64,000 bases of DNA, from the NCBI GenBank assembly GCA_951406725.2, contig OX597815.1:22320001-22384000 (forward strand). Reading direction: 5' to 3'. A program made the position numbers and the translations under genes. Under the pieces are notes generated by a model. That model worked only from the letters and a program-made list of their open reading frames with translations, ran no database searches and had not been told where the DNA came from. This DNA comes from Octopus vulgaris. Its lineage: Eukaryota. Positions 13,014-26,426 of this stretch are shown here, piece after piece. Numbering within the stretch: position 1 is the first letter of the stretch; every line of letters begins with the position of its first letter.

Positions 13014-15151
13014 CTACAATAAATATGTTTAACAATAAGATTAGCTTCGCTATCATATTAAGCCATACATATGATTTATTTTCGAAAAAGCTGAAATTAA
13101 TTCTGATTTATATTACATCAAATTATTTGGGATTTTCTGAAAATCTGCAGATTTCACAGATGACACTGTTTATCCTACTTTCTTTACGTTATATGTGTGT
13201 AAGTATTGCCTCAGATTATTGTTAATGGGGACTACTCCATTGCTGTAAACCCATCATCATATATCATGAGAAATCTATATTACTATAAAGTATATTAATG
13301 AAGTAGTCAAATCATGATTGTAAATACCAATCATATCTTGTTTTTGTTAGGTGTTGATATTCATTTATTTTTTGCTTGCTCACATTATCCGAAGCAAATT
13401 GACTAATTATTATACACAACAATCATACACACATTATCACACATACGCACTCAAATATTCAGGTAAATATGTACATATATATATAATTAAAGAATATTTA
13501 TGTACAACACATCGTGTATTAGAAACAAACTAAGATATATTTAAAACGATTGTAAGGCTTCCCTGTGAACCTTTAACCATATGTAAATACAGTTTGCTAT
13601 TCACGAAGGACGTAGCGGTTGCAATAATTTGTTTCCTTAGGCAAAAGAATGAAGGGTAATTGTCCTCTGGTGACTGAACAACGAAGTATGAAATATGTTA
13701 GGTCCATTTCCTTTATATTTCTGAGTGCGAAGAGTATAGTCAGATCCATTTACATCAAACTAAGGCTTTACAGCAAAAGCTTTAAAAACTGTTGTTTCAA
13801 AACTTAAGTTTTGTATCATATTTCGTATCTATGTGTGTATGCGCACAAGAATAAATAAATGATTAGATATACATGCGCATACACACACAAATATACATAA
13901 ATGTATATATAAATATACATACCTAGCAAAACGCAAGATACACACATATATATATAGGGTATTCAAAAACTCTCTCGGCAGTGAATTGTTTTCATCCGGC
14001 GCATGAACGGATTATTTGGAAGGGACATATGTGCCTGTATATGAGCCTTGTGAACGTATGTATGTGCATGTGGTTTTTGTGCACTTTATTCATCATGAAC
14101 TAGATATGTTTGTAACAATAACTTATTTCCTGGATCATCATTTAATTTTCTGAAATATATATACAAGAAACCAAAGCTTTGTTTCATACTATCCCTGTGT
14201 AGAATACATCAGGTATTTTCCATCATATATTTCATATTGTACGATCAGGTGCCGCGTGATAATTCAATAAGGCGCTTTAGCCAAAATTTAGTTAGTGGTG
14301 CCAAATAGAGGATAAATAGTAAACTGATGTGTTACTACAAAATAAATAATAAGGAACTTAATCAAGCATTAACCGTCTTAACTATAGAATATATAACGAA
14401 TGAAAGTTCCACGCATCTTCTAAACCATACCACAGTTTCTAAACAATGCATGTTTTTAGCATAAGTGAATAGTTTCACATTAAAATTGAAATTTGCGACA
14501 AAACATTCGTGTGATGATTAGTGCAAGCTTCAATCAACATAACTTTTACGTATTAAATTTTCGCGTTAACTTTCTTACTCATATGAGTATTATTAGACGT
14601 TACACAGTGTAAGTAGCTCCTTTTTTCAGAAGGCCTTTTCAATAGGAATTTAGAAATATCATTCATTTTGAATGGGATGTTAATCTATGGCAGAATTTTC
14701 CGTGTAAGATTTTAGCTTAATGTCGGAATCTAATGAATTATTCTTTAGTTACAAAATGTTTCTACTGTTTACAACAAAGCTGTGTTTCTTGAAGCTGATT
14801 TAATCGGACGAAATACCAATTTTCAACAGTTTAATTGGTTGATCTTATCACTATAAATATTGCCTGCTAGGACTCTGTAATAATAAAATGATAACGAAGT
14901 AAGGTCACTAATATAACTGCAGTGGCCAAGATATATTAGCTTAATAAAATAGTGATTTTAAATACTGATATTGATATCATAACAAAACTGACGTCTAATA
15001 AATCAATTAGTATAAAGAGCAATGTCGCATTGGTATCAACCACCCAAGGCTGAGATCTATTGTAGATACATTCACAAGATCCATCTCTGAGTTTGTTTAG
15101 GAAGCTTGTAAGATTGGTGAAGAAATATATACAAGAGATTTTATATATGCG

Positions 15152-15530
15152 ATTTTATTATTATTTTATTATTTTATTTATTATTATTTTATCTAGTTTC
15201 AGATCACGAGCTGTGGCCATGCTGGGGCACCGCCATTCGGTGTTGCTACATGATTTTACTTCACGAAAGCTTTTTAGCAATTGCCATTTGGTGTATGAGA
15301 GAGTTCGATGCAGCTGCCCTCAGCTGCACCTCCTGCCGTGAAGTTGGTTCATCTGGGACACCTGACAGGAAGAGATCCAGTTTTATTTTAAAGACATCTG
15401 CATCCACCCCATGTAGGTCTCTCAGGTCCTTCGGGAGGATATTGAAGAGCTGTGGACCTCTGAAGCCCAGGCTATCACAGTATCTTGTCCTACATCTTGA
15501 TGGCAAATTTGGAGTCCTTAGTACTATGCT
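15152..15530 (-). mobile_element. 3' end of CR1/L2-like LINE (ORF2 C-terminus and 3' UTR)
   Basis: ORF 15261-15560 contains FRGPQLFNILPKDLR...VFKIKLDLFLSGVPDEP...RAAASNSL, the CR1-group C-terminal F..R...L.N.LP...FK..LD motif, followed by a short UTR and (AATAA)n tail. Confidence 0.82.
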
Positions 15531-15767
15531 ACAGTCCAAAACTACTATTTGTTCACACACTACTATGCTCTAAAGTACTGTCCCGAGAGAAGTAATAAAA
15601 GGTATTTAGGGTGTGGAGTAAATTTTCCAACAGAAGCATTATTGGTGAAATATCCCACTCAAACGAACTCCTTGTTTATAAAGATAATTCGAAACATTAA
15701 AACATGAGAGAAAGTATATATGCAAATATAAACGAAAAGGTTGTGTCTAGTGTCTTATTTAACTTAC

Positions 15768-15918
15768 TTCTGGCAATTTTTACGGTAACAGGAGCCTGTA
15801 TATTCTGGTTGAATCCATCACACAGCTTTGCCCGCACCAGAACACCAAATTTTCCGTCTCGATTGTTTTCTTCCATTAAAATACTCGTTCGAGCTATTTC
15901 CCAAGGACCGGCTAAAAC
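15768..15918 (-). CDS. Internal exon of a receptor-type tyrosine kinase-like gene (start of kinase domain, subdomains I-II)
   Basis: Acceptor gcattttctaccag, donor A|gtaagt. 151 nt, phase 0-1. Encodes VLAGPWEIARTSILMEENNRDGKFGVLVRAKLCDGFNQNIQAPVTVKIAR (WEI.R motif, G.FG loop, V.VK lysine). Confidence 0.88.
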
Positions 15919-16769
15919 CTGGTAGAAAATGCAGATGATTAGTTTTTCTTTTCTCATAAACACAATGATGAAGAATCAAAATTTCTAGGATAATTTTCTT
16001 TGTCTCTTCTATATTCTCCTCTCTCTGTTTTGGTCTCCCTTGACACACGCACACGCACACACACTTACACACACATCCATTCATACATACATGCACACGC
16101 ATGTATATATATATATGCATATATATATATACATACATATATACACACATACACACACGCACATATATATATATATATATATATATGCATACATACGCAT
16201 ACACACAGACATGCACATCCATCCATTCATACATACATACATACAGACAGACAGACATAATGCGCATATATAGATGTGTATGTGTGTTTATACACACATG
16301 CATATATATACATATGCACAAACACAGGCATACACATCCATCCATCCATAAATACATACATACATGCATACACACAGACATACAGACATAACGCGCACAT
16401 ATATGTGTGAGTGTATGCATATACACACGCATACACACATACACACACATACATATATCCTAACAAATCACGTTTCGCACAATAACCCTTCAATGGAGTC
16501 TTGTGCGTAAGTCATGGTCAGCGAGAGTGAAATAGGAGTGAAAAGCTTATTGGGGACAATAGTGGATGGGGGAGATAATCGAAATTAATAAGGGGCGATG
16601 GTGTGAGTGAGATACGGGATATGAAGGTGCAGAGCTGGAAGGCAACTGGTGTGTCTCGACTTGTCAGTTTTTTCGTTCCTCACAGCAACCGGACTTCCTG
16701 AATCTCAGCAAATTTCCCTAGATTTACCATTCCTTTTATAGCAATATATTAGCAGAAAATGTATGAATA

Positions 16770-17003
16770 AAAGGCAGCAAGTTGGCAGAAACGTTAGCAC
16801 GCCAGGCGAAGTGTTTGGCGGTATTTCATCTACTGCTACGTTCTGAGTTCAAATTCCGCCGAGGTCGATTTTGTCTTTCATCCTTTCGGAGTCGATAAAT
16901 AAAGTACCAGTTACGCACTGGGGTCGCTGTAATCGACTTAATCCTTTTGTCTGTCCTTGTTTGTCCCCTCTATGTGTAGCCCGTTGTAGGCAATAAAGAA
17001 ATA
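16770..17003 (+). mobile_element. SINE family B, full length with TSD
   Basis: 16-bp TSD AGAAAATGTATGAATA at 16754-16769 and 17004-17019. B box GAGTTCAAATTCC. Confidence 0.92.
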
Positions 17004-19198
17004 AGAAAATGTATGAATAGTACCTTTTTTACAACTTATGGCTACTTTCTACTGAAAGTCATACTTCTGTCGATCGAACAGACTCCAATTCCTGCTTGTA
17101 TTGGCCGGGAAGTTACAAAACCAAGAATTTAAATATATGTGGCTAAATACTTTAAAACGTGTTTCATCACCCATCAACATACATACATACACACGTGCAT
17201 ATTTGGCGAGAGAGAAAGAGTAAGGTAGAGAGAAAGAGATCATAAAACAATGTAAAATGTTACGCAAAATTGAGAAAAACTTCGAGATGCTTTATGTTAG
17301 GATTAGTATGAGTATACCGTACACCATATATTAATACTTACTTAAGTACAGAAAGAGCAATTTATAAGCATTGGCAAATGTTTTTTTTTTCAAAATTAGA
17401 TATAATATTTTGTTAAACAACAATAACGTAAATGTTAGATGCACACCAGCATTATTAACAGCACAGATTCACAAAAATCCTATCTTGCGCAACATAGAAG
17501 GCAGAAATATTCCTATTTACATAAAAATAGAAAACTCAAAACTTTTTTACAACGTTTTTACTGCTTTACATCATTTCTTACTGTATTGCAAATATTCAAC
17601 ATCAGTTACATTCATAGGAGGTTTCCAATAGCATATGGCTACGTATTTGCATGTGTAACAATTTTAAATACTTTTTTTTTGCAATAGTCAACAATATATT
17701 CTATATTATAGAAAATTCAAAAAATGCAAGATTTTCATTCTACGCTTTATCTTCGGTTCTTGCATTATAGAATGGGTGTAAAAATTTTATGACACAATAT
17801 GTACGAATATTTGCAGTGTTAAAATGATTTGCATTCTCAGTGATCAAGTAAAGTTTGATATGATGTTCAACATATACAAGAACTGAATTAAAAGAAGACC
17901 TGCATAATCTAGCGCAAAATGTAAGTAGCAAATTGAACTCACATTGAACAGAATTATAAGTGAAATATATAAATATTAAAATCATTGAAGCAATGAGGTG
18001 TGTTTAGTAATATTCTGAAATATGTAACATTTTAGGGGCCTTTAGTCACACCCAAATCAACATTTCGATATCAATTCTTCTCCATGCAGAAAAGTTTGAA
18101 GGCACGCAGCATTAGAGAATAGCAAAAGAGAAATGGAAAAGTATACTCGTCTAATGACCATTAGTGATGCTAATGACGTAATATTACTTTAATCATAAAT
18201 CAAGTTCACCGGACGTTTTCCTCTCAACTCTTTGGTAACTCGTAACTGAGTGTGCTAACGAATTAAGAATGAACAGTGTTAAAATTAAGTGCGCTATAAA
18301 TGCTAGGCTAAGGCATAAGATTACTCTGTTATCATTAGTAGACATTGGAAATGTATCGTATATAAATATCTAACAACTGGGAAGAAAATCGGAGCAGTAA
18401 TTCAGTAGTAGCTAAAATTGATGATAAAGAAATAGCAGATTTAAATTGGAGATACAAAAGAGTTGCAGTAGTAGGCAGATTTCTGAAAACAGCAAAATGT
18501 CAAAAACGAATAGGAATGTGATTTCATGGCCTTCGTTTTTAAGTGCACCAGAACCATAAATGTAGAATAAAAGTTTTAAATATGAAAAGTAATTGTTTAG
18601 TGGATTCAGGTTACCGGGTTTTACTTACAGTTTACTATGTGGCGCTACAAACATTTACTAACATATTAAAATGTAGTTTGATATATCTGCTGCAATTGCC
18701 TTAATTGGACAATATCATGTGATGAATTTTGGCAAGAATTTCAAATAAGTGGAACAAATATTTCAAGCCAGCGGACTACAGGAAAGTAAATGTCAAGTTC
18801 AGCTACAGTGTTAACATAAACTACAGAATAAAGTCAATATATATTTTTAAATAACATCAAAATATTGAGAAACGATACTAATTCGATAGTACACTTTTAG
18901 CAGTTTCACACCTTTATATATCAAAGTTTATTAAGTGATTTTACACAGATTCTGCTACTTAAAAGTCACTAAATAATGTTACTGATTTTATATCTTTTAC
19001 ATATATGTGTAATTGACTTACTACTGTTATTACTATTATTATTGCTTTTCTTTTACTATTAGGTTTTTTTAGGTAGGTTTAACATCTTGGAATGTACAAC
19101 TTTTGAAGTATACATATGTACATAAACATACATATATATACACTCACGCATCTGTCTGTCTGTCTATCTATCTATCTATCAAATATAGATAGATAGAG

Positions 19199-19231
<33 letters not shown>

Positions 19232-19522
19232 CATACATACATACATACATACATACATACATACATACATACATACATACATAAATAAATAAATATTCTC
19301 GTTCGCCGAAAAATAATAAGATTGTCTCGTCATCTGTTGGACCTCTGATAGATGAATACTTGTCGTCGTCGTTCTCCTCCTTTTCCTCCTCCCCCTCTCT
19401 CTCCATATATATATATATATATATGTATATATATTGTGTCGTTGTTTGCGTATCTAACACGTTTGTTTTCGTACTTCATATTATTTACACAGTTGGTAAC
19501 ATCTTGTATCCTTATATGCATA

Positions 19523-19556
<34 letters not shown>

Positions 19557-19558
19557 CA

Positions 19559-19600
<42 letters not shown>

Positions 19601-19765
19601 TATATATAGATACATATACATATACATACATACATACATACATACACACACATATATATATATATATATATAGGGGGGAGGATTCACAAATAAACAAAAG
19701 ACGAAGACATGTGGTGTAGCCAACAAACAGATGTATTAGTATAACGCTCGGGAAGTGAAAATAGT

Positions 19766-19801
19766 CTTTAACGTTTCGAGCCTACGCTTTTCCACAGAAA
19801 G
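19766..19801 (-). ncRNA. Minimal hammerhead-like motif in PLE pLTR (variant core)
   Basis: CUUU-CUGUGGA-A-AAGC-GUAG-GCUC-GAAACGUU-AAAG. Confidence 0.5.
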
Positions 19802-20244
19802 GAACACAGAAAGAAACAAGGATAGAAAATAAAGAATGTGTAGTGGCTAACGATTTATCGTGGCGAATGCCGGACATAAGGGTCACACAGGGGGGCTACG
19901 GAGAAGGGGAGGTAGTAAAGTAGTGGTGATGCCAAAACGAAGGTGTGCGTGCGTGTGTATAAGTGAGCTTGTATGTGCGTGTGTAAGAGGGCTGCTGATC
20001 TTCATGTGTGCGTGTTTGTATGTGTTAGTGTGAAAATGTGGATCTGGGAAGTGGTCAGTACTGATGTGTGTTGTGATGTGATGTGTTGTGTGGTATCGTG
20101 GCGTAAGGTGTAGTAGTGTGTGGTTAGGCTGAGGATGGGATGGGGTGGAATGTGTAGGGCTGGGGTGGGATTACGAGGGAGGGGTGACTATGAAGGGAGA
20201 AGGAGAAGGTGGGTAGGAGTGAAAAGAAGTAGGAGCGTAGGCGA

Positions 20245-20281
<37 letters not shown>

Positions 20282-20337
20282 AATATCTCTATATAGATAT
20301 ATATGTAAAATATACATAAATATATATATATATATAC

Positions 20338-20397
<60 letters not shown>

Positions 20398-20467
20398 AAA
20401 AATGGGGGGCTTTGTTTAGTAGGGGATTTATGTACAGTGATGTAATATGTAAAAATATAAAAATTGG

Positions 20468-21199
20468 TTATGCGTGCTTATTCAGACGCGTTTTGTATTT
20501 TTCAATGAAAAAAGTTTCTTTATTTAAGCGTTCTAGTTGAGAGATTGTGTCTTTGCACTGGTAGAAAGAGAAGACTGTAAAAGTTGGTTTGATGTTACCT
20601 GCACATTTTTCTATGTGTTCACTAAGAGGGATTCGTCTGTATTGCGGGAAACGGATTTGCTCCTTATGCAGAGTAATTCTCTTCCTCAAAATTAAACTCG
20701 TTTGTCCAATGTACTGATGACTGCAACCCGAGCAGGTTATTACATAAATTAGGTTCGCAGAGGCACAGGTGAAACTAGTTTTAATTGTGAACCTCTGTCC
20801 TTGTTTGAAAAGGAAGTCCGAGCCTTCAAGCAGGTGGGGGCAGGTTCCACAGTTCGGGCGTCCACATTTTTTAACCGTTGGTTTCGTGGTTGTTTTGTAA
20901 AGATTCGCATTTGTTAGTAGTCTCTTTAGCGATTTGTCTTGTTTTTTGCATTTGATGAGTTTGTGTGTTTTCAGGATGTCGTTCATTTTTCGATCTCTAG
21001 TTAGTAAAGGGAAAGTTTGCACAATAGTGTTGAATGTCTCACTGTTTCTGGGGTTATGTGTTGATATAAAAAGTAATGTTTTGGTTTGAGGTGTGGTGCT
21101 ATGTTTTTTTGTTCTTAGTGTTTTTGTGTCTAATTGTTTGGCACGTTTAATTCCCTCGTCGATAAGAGAGGGTGGATATTGTCTTTCACTAAGGAATAA
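20468..21199 (-). pseudogene. PLE ORF C-terminal part: RT thumb, Cys-rich linker, GIY-YIG endonuclease
   Basis: Frame is open from ~21199 (FLSERQYPPSLIDEGIKRAK) through KKCGRPNCGTCPHL...FTCASANLIYVITCSGCSHQYIGQT...RITLH...LSEH...KETFFIEKYKTRLN to the stop at 20468. No RT core upstream. Confidence 0.88.
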
Positions 21200-21429
21200 T
21201 CAACCAAATAGTCTTGCTATTAGTTGCCTTATTTTTAGTGTAACTATCTTTCAAAGACATCAATTTACCTTTAGAATGAAGAAAAAGGTTTAAAAAACGG
21301 TTATCTCCCTTACGTTGTAAAAAAAAAAAACCTTCCTCTGTTTGGTGTTGGCGTATAAATTAAAATTGATATCATGCCTCCATTACTATGTCGGAAGTAA
21401 AAGAATTTGAATAACACCTGCGTTTAACT

Positions 21430-21500
<71 letters not shown>

Positions 21501-22000
21501 CGCATATGTGCATTTATACATTTATACATTTTCACATGCAGAGAGAGAGAGAGAGAAAGACAGTCAGACAGACAGACAGACAGACAGATAGTTAGATATA
21601 TAGATAGGAATGCCTATTTACATTTATACATATTAGTACATTGATTGATGAATATTTAGTTGTCATCACACATTTTGTTTATTTGCATTGACTCTAGTCT
21701 GAAATTTTGTATTGATTTACATCTGCTAATATCTAATGTTGCCACTTTGTGACTATGGGAATAATTCTTTTTTTTTTCTACATGTTTTCTTTAGTGAGGT
21801 TTGACTTGCACTTTTATTTGCGACTGACGAGTAATAGTGAGAAGTGAGTTCCACCGAAAAACTTCATTTACTTCTGATGACAGATATGGCGTTTATCTTT
21901 TATTTTGCATTTTTGGTTTTCATTGTAACGGATGTTTTTTTTTCTATTTTCCTTAAGCGTTATTGATATTTTACCTTATTATTTGCTCAGTTTTGTCCGT

Positions 22001-22030
22001 TACTACTACTACTACTACTACTACTACTAA

Positions 22031-22084
<54 letters not shown>

Positions 22085-22103
22085 CACTACCACCACCATT
22101 ACA

Positions 22104-22141
<38 letters not shown>

Positions 22142-22318
22142 CATCACCACCACCACTACCACCACCACTACCACTACTACTACAACTACTACCACCACTA
22201 CTTCTACCACCACCACCACCACCATCACCACTACTACTACTACTACTACCACCACCACCACCACTACCATCACCACCACCACCACCACCACCACCACCAC
22301 TACTACTACTACTACTAG
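22001..22318. repeat. (CTA)n/(CCA)n microsatellite
   Basis: Direct inspection. Explains the poly-T/V ORFs. Confidence 0.95.
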
Positions 22319-23004
22319 TGTAACTGCCAGATAAATTAATTTTAATTAGTCTTATCGCATATGTGCAGGAGAGTTGTCATTTTCCACAATAATAAGGGGG
22401 TAGGTTCATGAAGATATTATTAAAGAAGACGCCATATATATTAGGTGAACCAGCGAATATTTGGAAATTATTGGAGTATAACCAGTAGCAGGAAAATAAT
22501 ACATCTGAGAGGCGCCGGAATACGACTAACTATGCCCAAAATGATTTCCATTAAAATGATTGTTAATACTAGAATAATTCACATGGCATTTGGAAGCACA
22601 AAATATTTCTGGACATAAATAACAATAATATATGTATACTAGTTTATCTCTATATGTGTGCGTTTGCTCACTTATGTTTGCGTGTTGGCATATTTCATAT
22701 ATTTGCATATATTTTAAATATACACAAAGTAATAAAATGATTCCTAAAACCTGTTTGGAATAGTCGGGCATCGTTAAAACTCCATCTTCAAGGCAGGTTC
22801 TCAAGTTGCAACCGCTTTACAAGTCAGTCATGCACGCCTAGCGACTTTGATAGTTCACGTTCTGTAGGAACTACTTAAGCGCTGGCATTGACATGATATA
22901 TTCAGTAAAGTGCAAGTGTAACAGTGTAACATTATTCGGCCTATTAAATAAGAGCTCTACCTCCGTAATTCTGAACTATTTCGATTCTGCACAGTAAAAT
23001 TGAC

Positions 23005-23764
23005 ATGACGAAGGTTTTTGCTCGGTGGGTGCTACATCTTCTGACACTTGATCAAAAGCTTGATCATACTAGACTGATGACATCACGGGAATATCTGATA
23101 TTATTTAAGGCAGAACCAGTTAGCTCTTTCTTAACATTTCCTAAACCAGGATGAGTGTTGGGTTCATCACTTTGAGCTAGAGACAAAGAGACAATCCATG
23201 CAGTGGCAACACCCCTTCTCACCTGCTCCAAAGAAGGTCAAGGCCGTTTCATCTGCAGGGAAAATGATGGCCTCAGTTTTAGGGGAAGCAAATAGGGCCA
23301 CACCACCAATGGAAAGTACTGAGCCAACTTGCTAAGGCAGTTACGAAAGGCTATCAAGACCAAAACGCCCAGAAAAACGGACGGAACGAGGTTTTGTTTC
23401 ATAAGGTAAATGCTCCAGTACACAAATCCTTGGGTTCGATGGCTGCCCTACGTTACAGTGACTTGGAATTCATTGATCAACCTCTCTGTTCTCCTGAATT
23501 GGCCCTCTCTGAATATCATGTTCAGTAACATGAAAAAATACTTGGCTGGGAACGGGAATCTCAGAGATGATGACGTCATATCTGCTTTTGAGGACTTTTT
23601 TGCCCAACAAGAAGAAAACTTCTTCACCAATGGGATCCAAAAACACCAACACTGATGAAAGAAGTGTGTGAACCGCAAGGAACACTACGTTGAAAAATAA
23701 ACCTTAATAGATTACATTCTATGACAGTATCTTGGTTAGCCTATGAATTCTACAACCGAACTAC

Positions 23765-23765
<1 letters not shown>
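23005..23765 (+). mobile_element. Degenerate mariner transposon (3' two-thirds of transposase, decayed 3' end)
   Basis: MTKVFARWVLHLLTLDQK (WVPHEL-type motif), QDECWVHHFELETKRQSMQWQHP.SPAPKKVKAVSSAGKMMASV, LFHKVNAPVH, MFSNMKKYLAG...DDDVISAFEDFFAQQEENFFTNGI. Frameshifts and stops. Confidence 0.9.
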
Positions 23766-23795
<30 letters not shown>

Positions 23796-23797
23796 TG

Positions 23798-23829
<32 letters not shown>

Positions 23830-23834
<5 letters not shown>

Positions 23835-24420
23835 AATCAAAAAAAAAAGAAGAACAGACATAAAAATCAACAATACGAGGACGTGGTACATGTAATGTAT
23901 TAGCTGACACCCAGGAAAGGAAAGAAAGAGGGTTTAACGTTTCGAGCAAACCACTTCTTCAGAAATAGAGGTAAGTCCAAAAGAAGGGAAGACGGAGGAA
24001 GAAAATCGCCAACTATTCACATGTCGTTCATTTTGAAAGGACCGGAAAGGAATGGGTGAAAAAAAAGTTCTTTCTAAGACAGGAGAGTGTAAGAGGAGGT
24101 ATATGCGTGTATGTTTGGGTATGTGCGTGCACGCAGGTCTGTGTGTGTGTAATAATAGCATGTGTGTGTGCATGTGTTGTGTGTGTATGTGCTTGAGGTT
24201 TTGGCTGTTTATATGTGTATTTGTGAGTGAACTTTGTGTCGCTTAATATCGTAGGAAGAATTTATAGTAGGAGTGGCTGCCTTTTGTGTATTGTGTTCCT
24301 TCACATGTGCGTAGGAGAATGTCTGTAGAATGGTGTTTAACTGGTAGTTTGAAATATGTTTGTGTGCGTGTATGTATCTTATAAAAAAAAAAAATGAGAA
24401 ATCTAAATAAAGTAGATGTA
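23830..24420 (-). mobile_element. PLE pLTR/3' UTR fragment (related family) abutting (TA)n
   Basis: Same layout as 19680-20050. Hammerhead-like UUU-CUGAAGA-A...GCUC-GAAACGUU-AAA at 23933-23965 with canonical CUGAnGA. Confidence 0.65.
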
Positions 24421-24612
24421 AATGTATTCAATTCCGAACAAACCAATGTCACTGCAAAACAAAAAACAAAAAAAAAAACAAAAAAAAAACGTGGACACAG
24501 TTATCAAACACCATCATTCAGCAAAAAGTATTGTTGAAACAGTATTAATAGTATAGTCAGTGTTCTGGCATAGTGAAGTCCATGGACTGCAACTAGTAAG
24601 GAAGTAAGAGAA

Positions 24613-25230
<618 letters not shown>

Positions 25231-25948
25231 TATATAGATATGTGCGTGAGTGTGTGTCACTTTCCGAAACGAACTTTCAATCTTGAACGAATAGTAAATA
25301 GTAAATATTAATATTTAGCATCTGCCAACCAAAATTCATAACAAACATTCTTGAAACGTTAATTTGTTAGTTTTGGTAATCGAAAGAAGCTTTTGAACTA
25401 TAGAGCTTAAAAGTAACTTACCTGCTTACAATGGTATCACTTTGTGATATATTGGTTGATGTAATAAATACCTGAGTACTTTAATAGTCGAACTAAAAAG
25501 CAGTCTCAGGGTTTCCGATATGATCTCCGTCGCACGAAGCCATTTGCTCTCATTCGCCGTGTTTTTCCACATAGTACTCATTTGCTCAACGTAGAAAGAT
25601 GAGACGGGGTAAAAATGATGACGACGTCTTAATCGACAGTTGTAATATCCAGGAAGATTTACGAGAATTATAGTTTCGAGCAGTTCACGAAAGAAGGAAA
25701 AAGAAGGCCGCTAAACAACAGAATTGTCATTATAATTGAATGTTGTATAATCTATGTGCATGTACTGATATGTTTAAATAATGTGTATATACAAACACAT
25801 AGACAGTGACTGAAGTATTTGTTGATTAATATACGTTGCGCTTGTCATATTCGCCACCAAACAAAAGACCACAGAACAAAAGGATTAATTGTCAAGTATA
25901 ATGATGGCTTAAAAGAGTCAAACGCATAAAGAAACGAGATAACTAAAT

Positions 25949-26179
<231 letters not shown>

Positions 26180-26181
<2 letters not shown>

Positions 26182-26391
26182 CGGAGATGTACTTGCATAG
26201 CAAGTGATTTTATCTGAGATCGTGTGTTGGAACGAAAATAATTGCAGCGTGGAAGGTGTTTGTAAAACATTTAAGAAACACACAAAAGCCGTTCGATTCA
26301 CTTCAACATTTAAGTTTAATTTGTCAAAATATTTTCGCCGCTTTTGTGTGTTTCTTAAATGGCTTACAAACACCTTCCACGCTACAATTGT

Positions 26392-26392
<1 letters not shown>
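26180..26392. mobile_element. (TA)n-embedded fold-back element
   Basis: Inverted arms 26237-26289 and 26340-26392 (53 bp, few mismatches), 50-bp spacer, (TA)n on both sides. Confidence 0.7.

Positions 26393-26426
<34 letters not shown>

Larger units (their letters stand above)
19675..21199 (-). mobile_element. 5'-truncated Penelope-like retroelement (Neptune-like): RT thumb, GIY-YIG, 3' UTR/pLTR
   Basis: GIY-YIG ORF followed downstream by a UTR interrupted by (TA)n, ending in a hammerhead-bearing pLTR that abuts (TA)n at ~19670. Confidence 0.85.
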
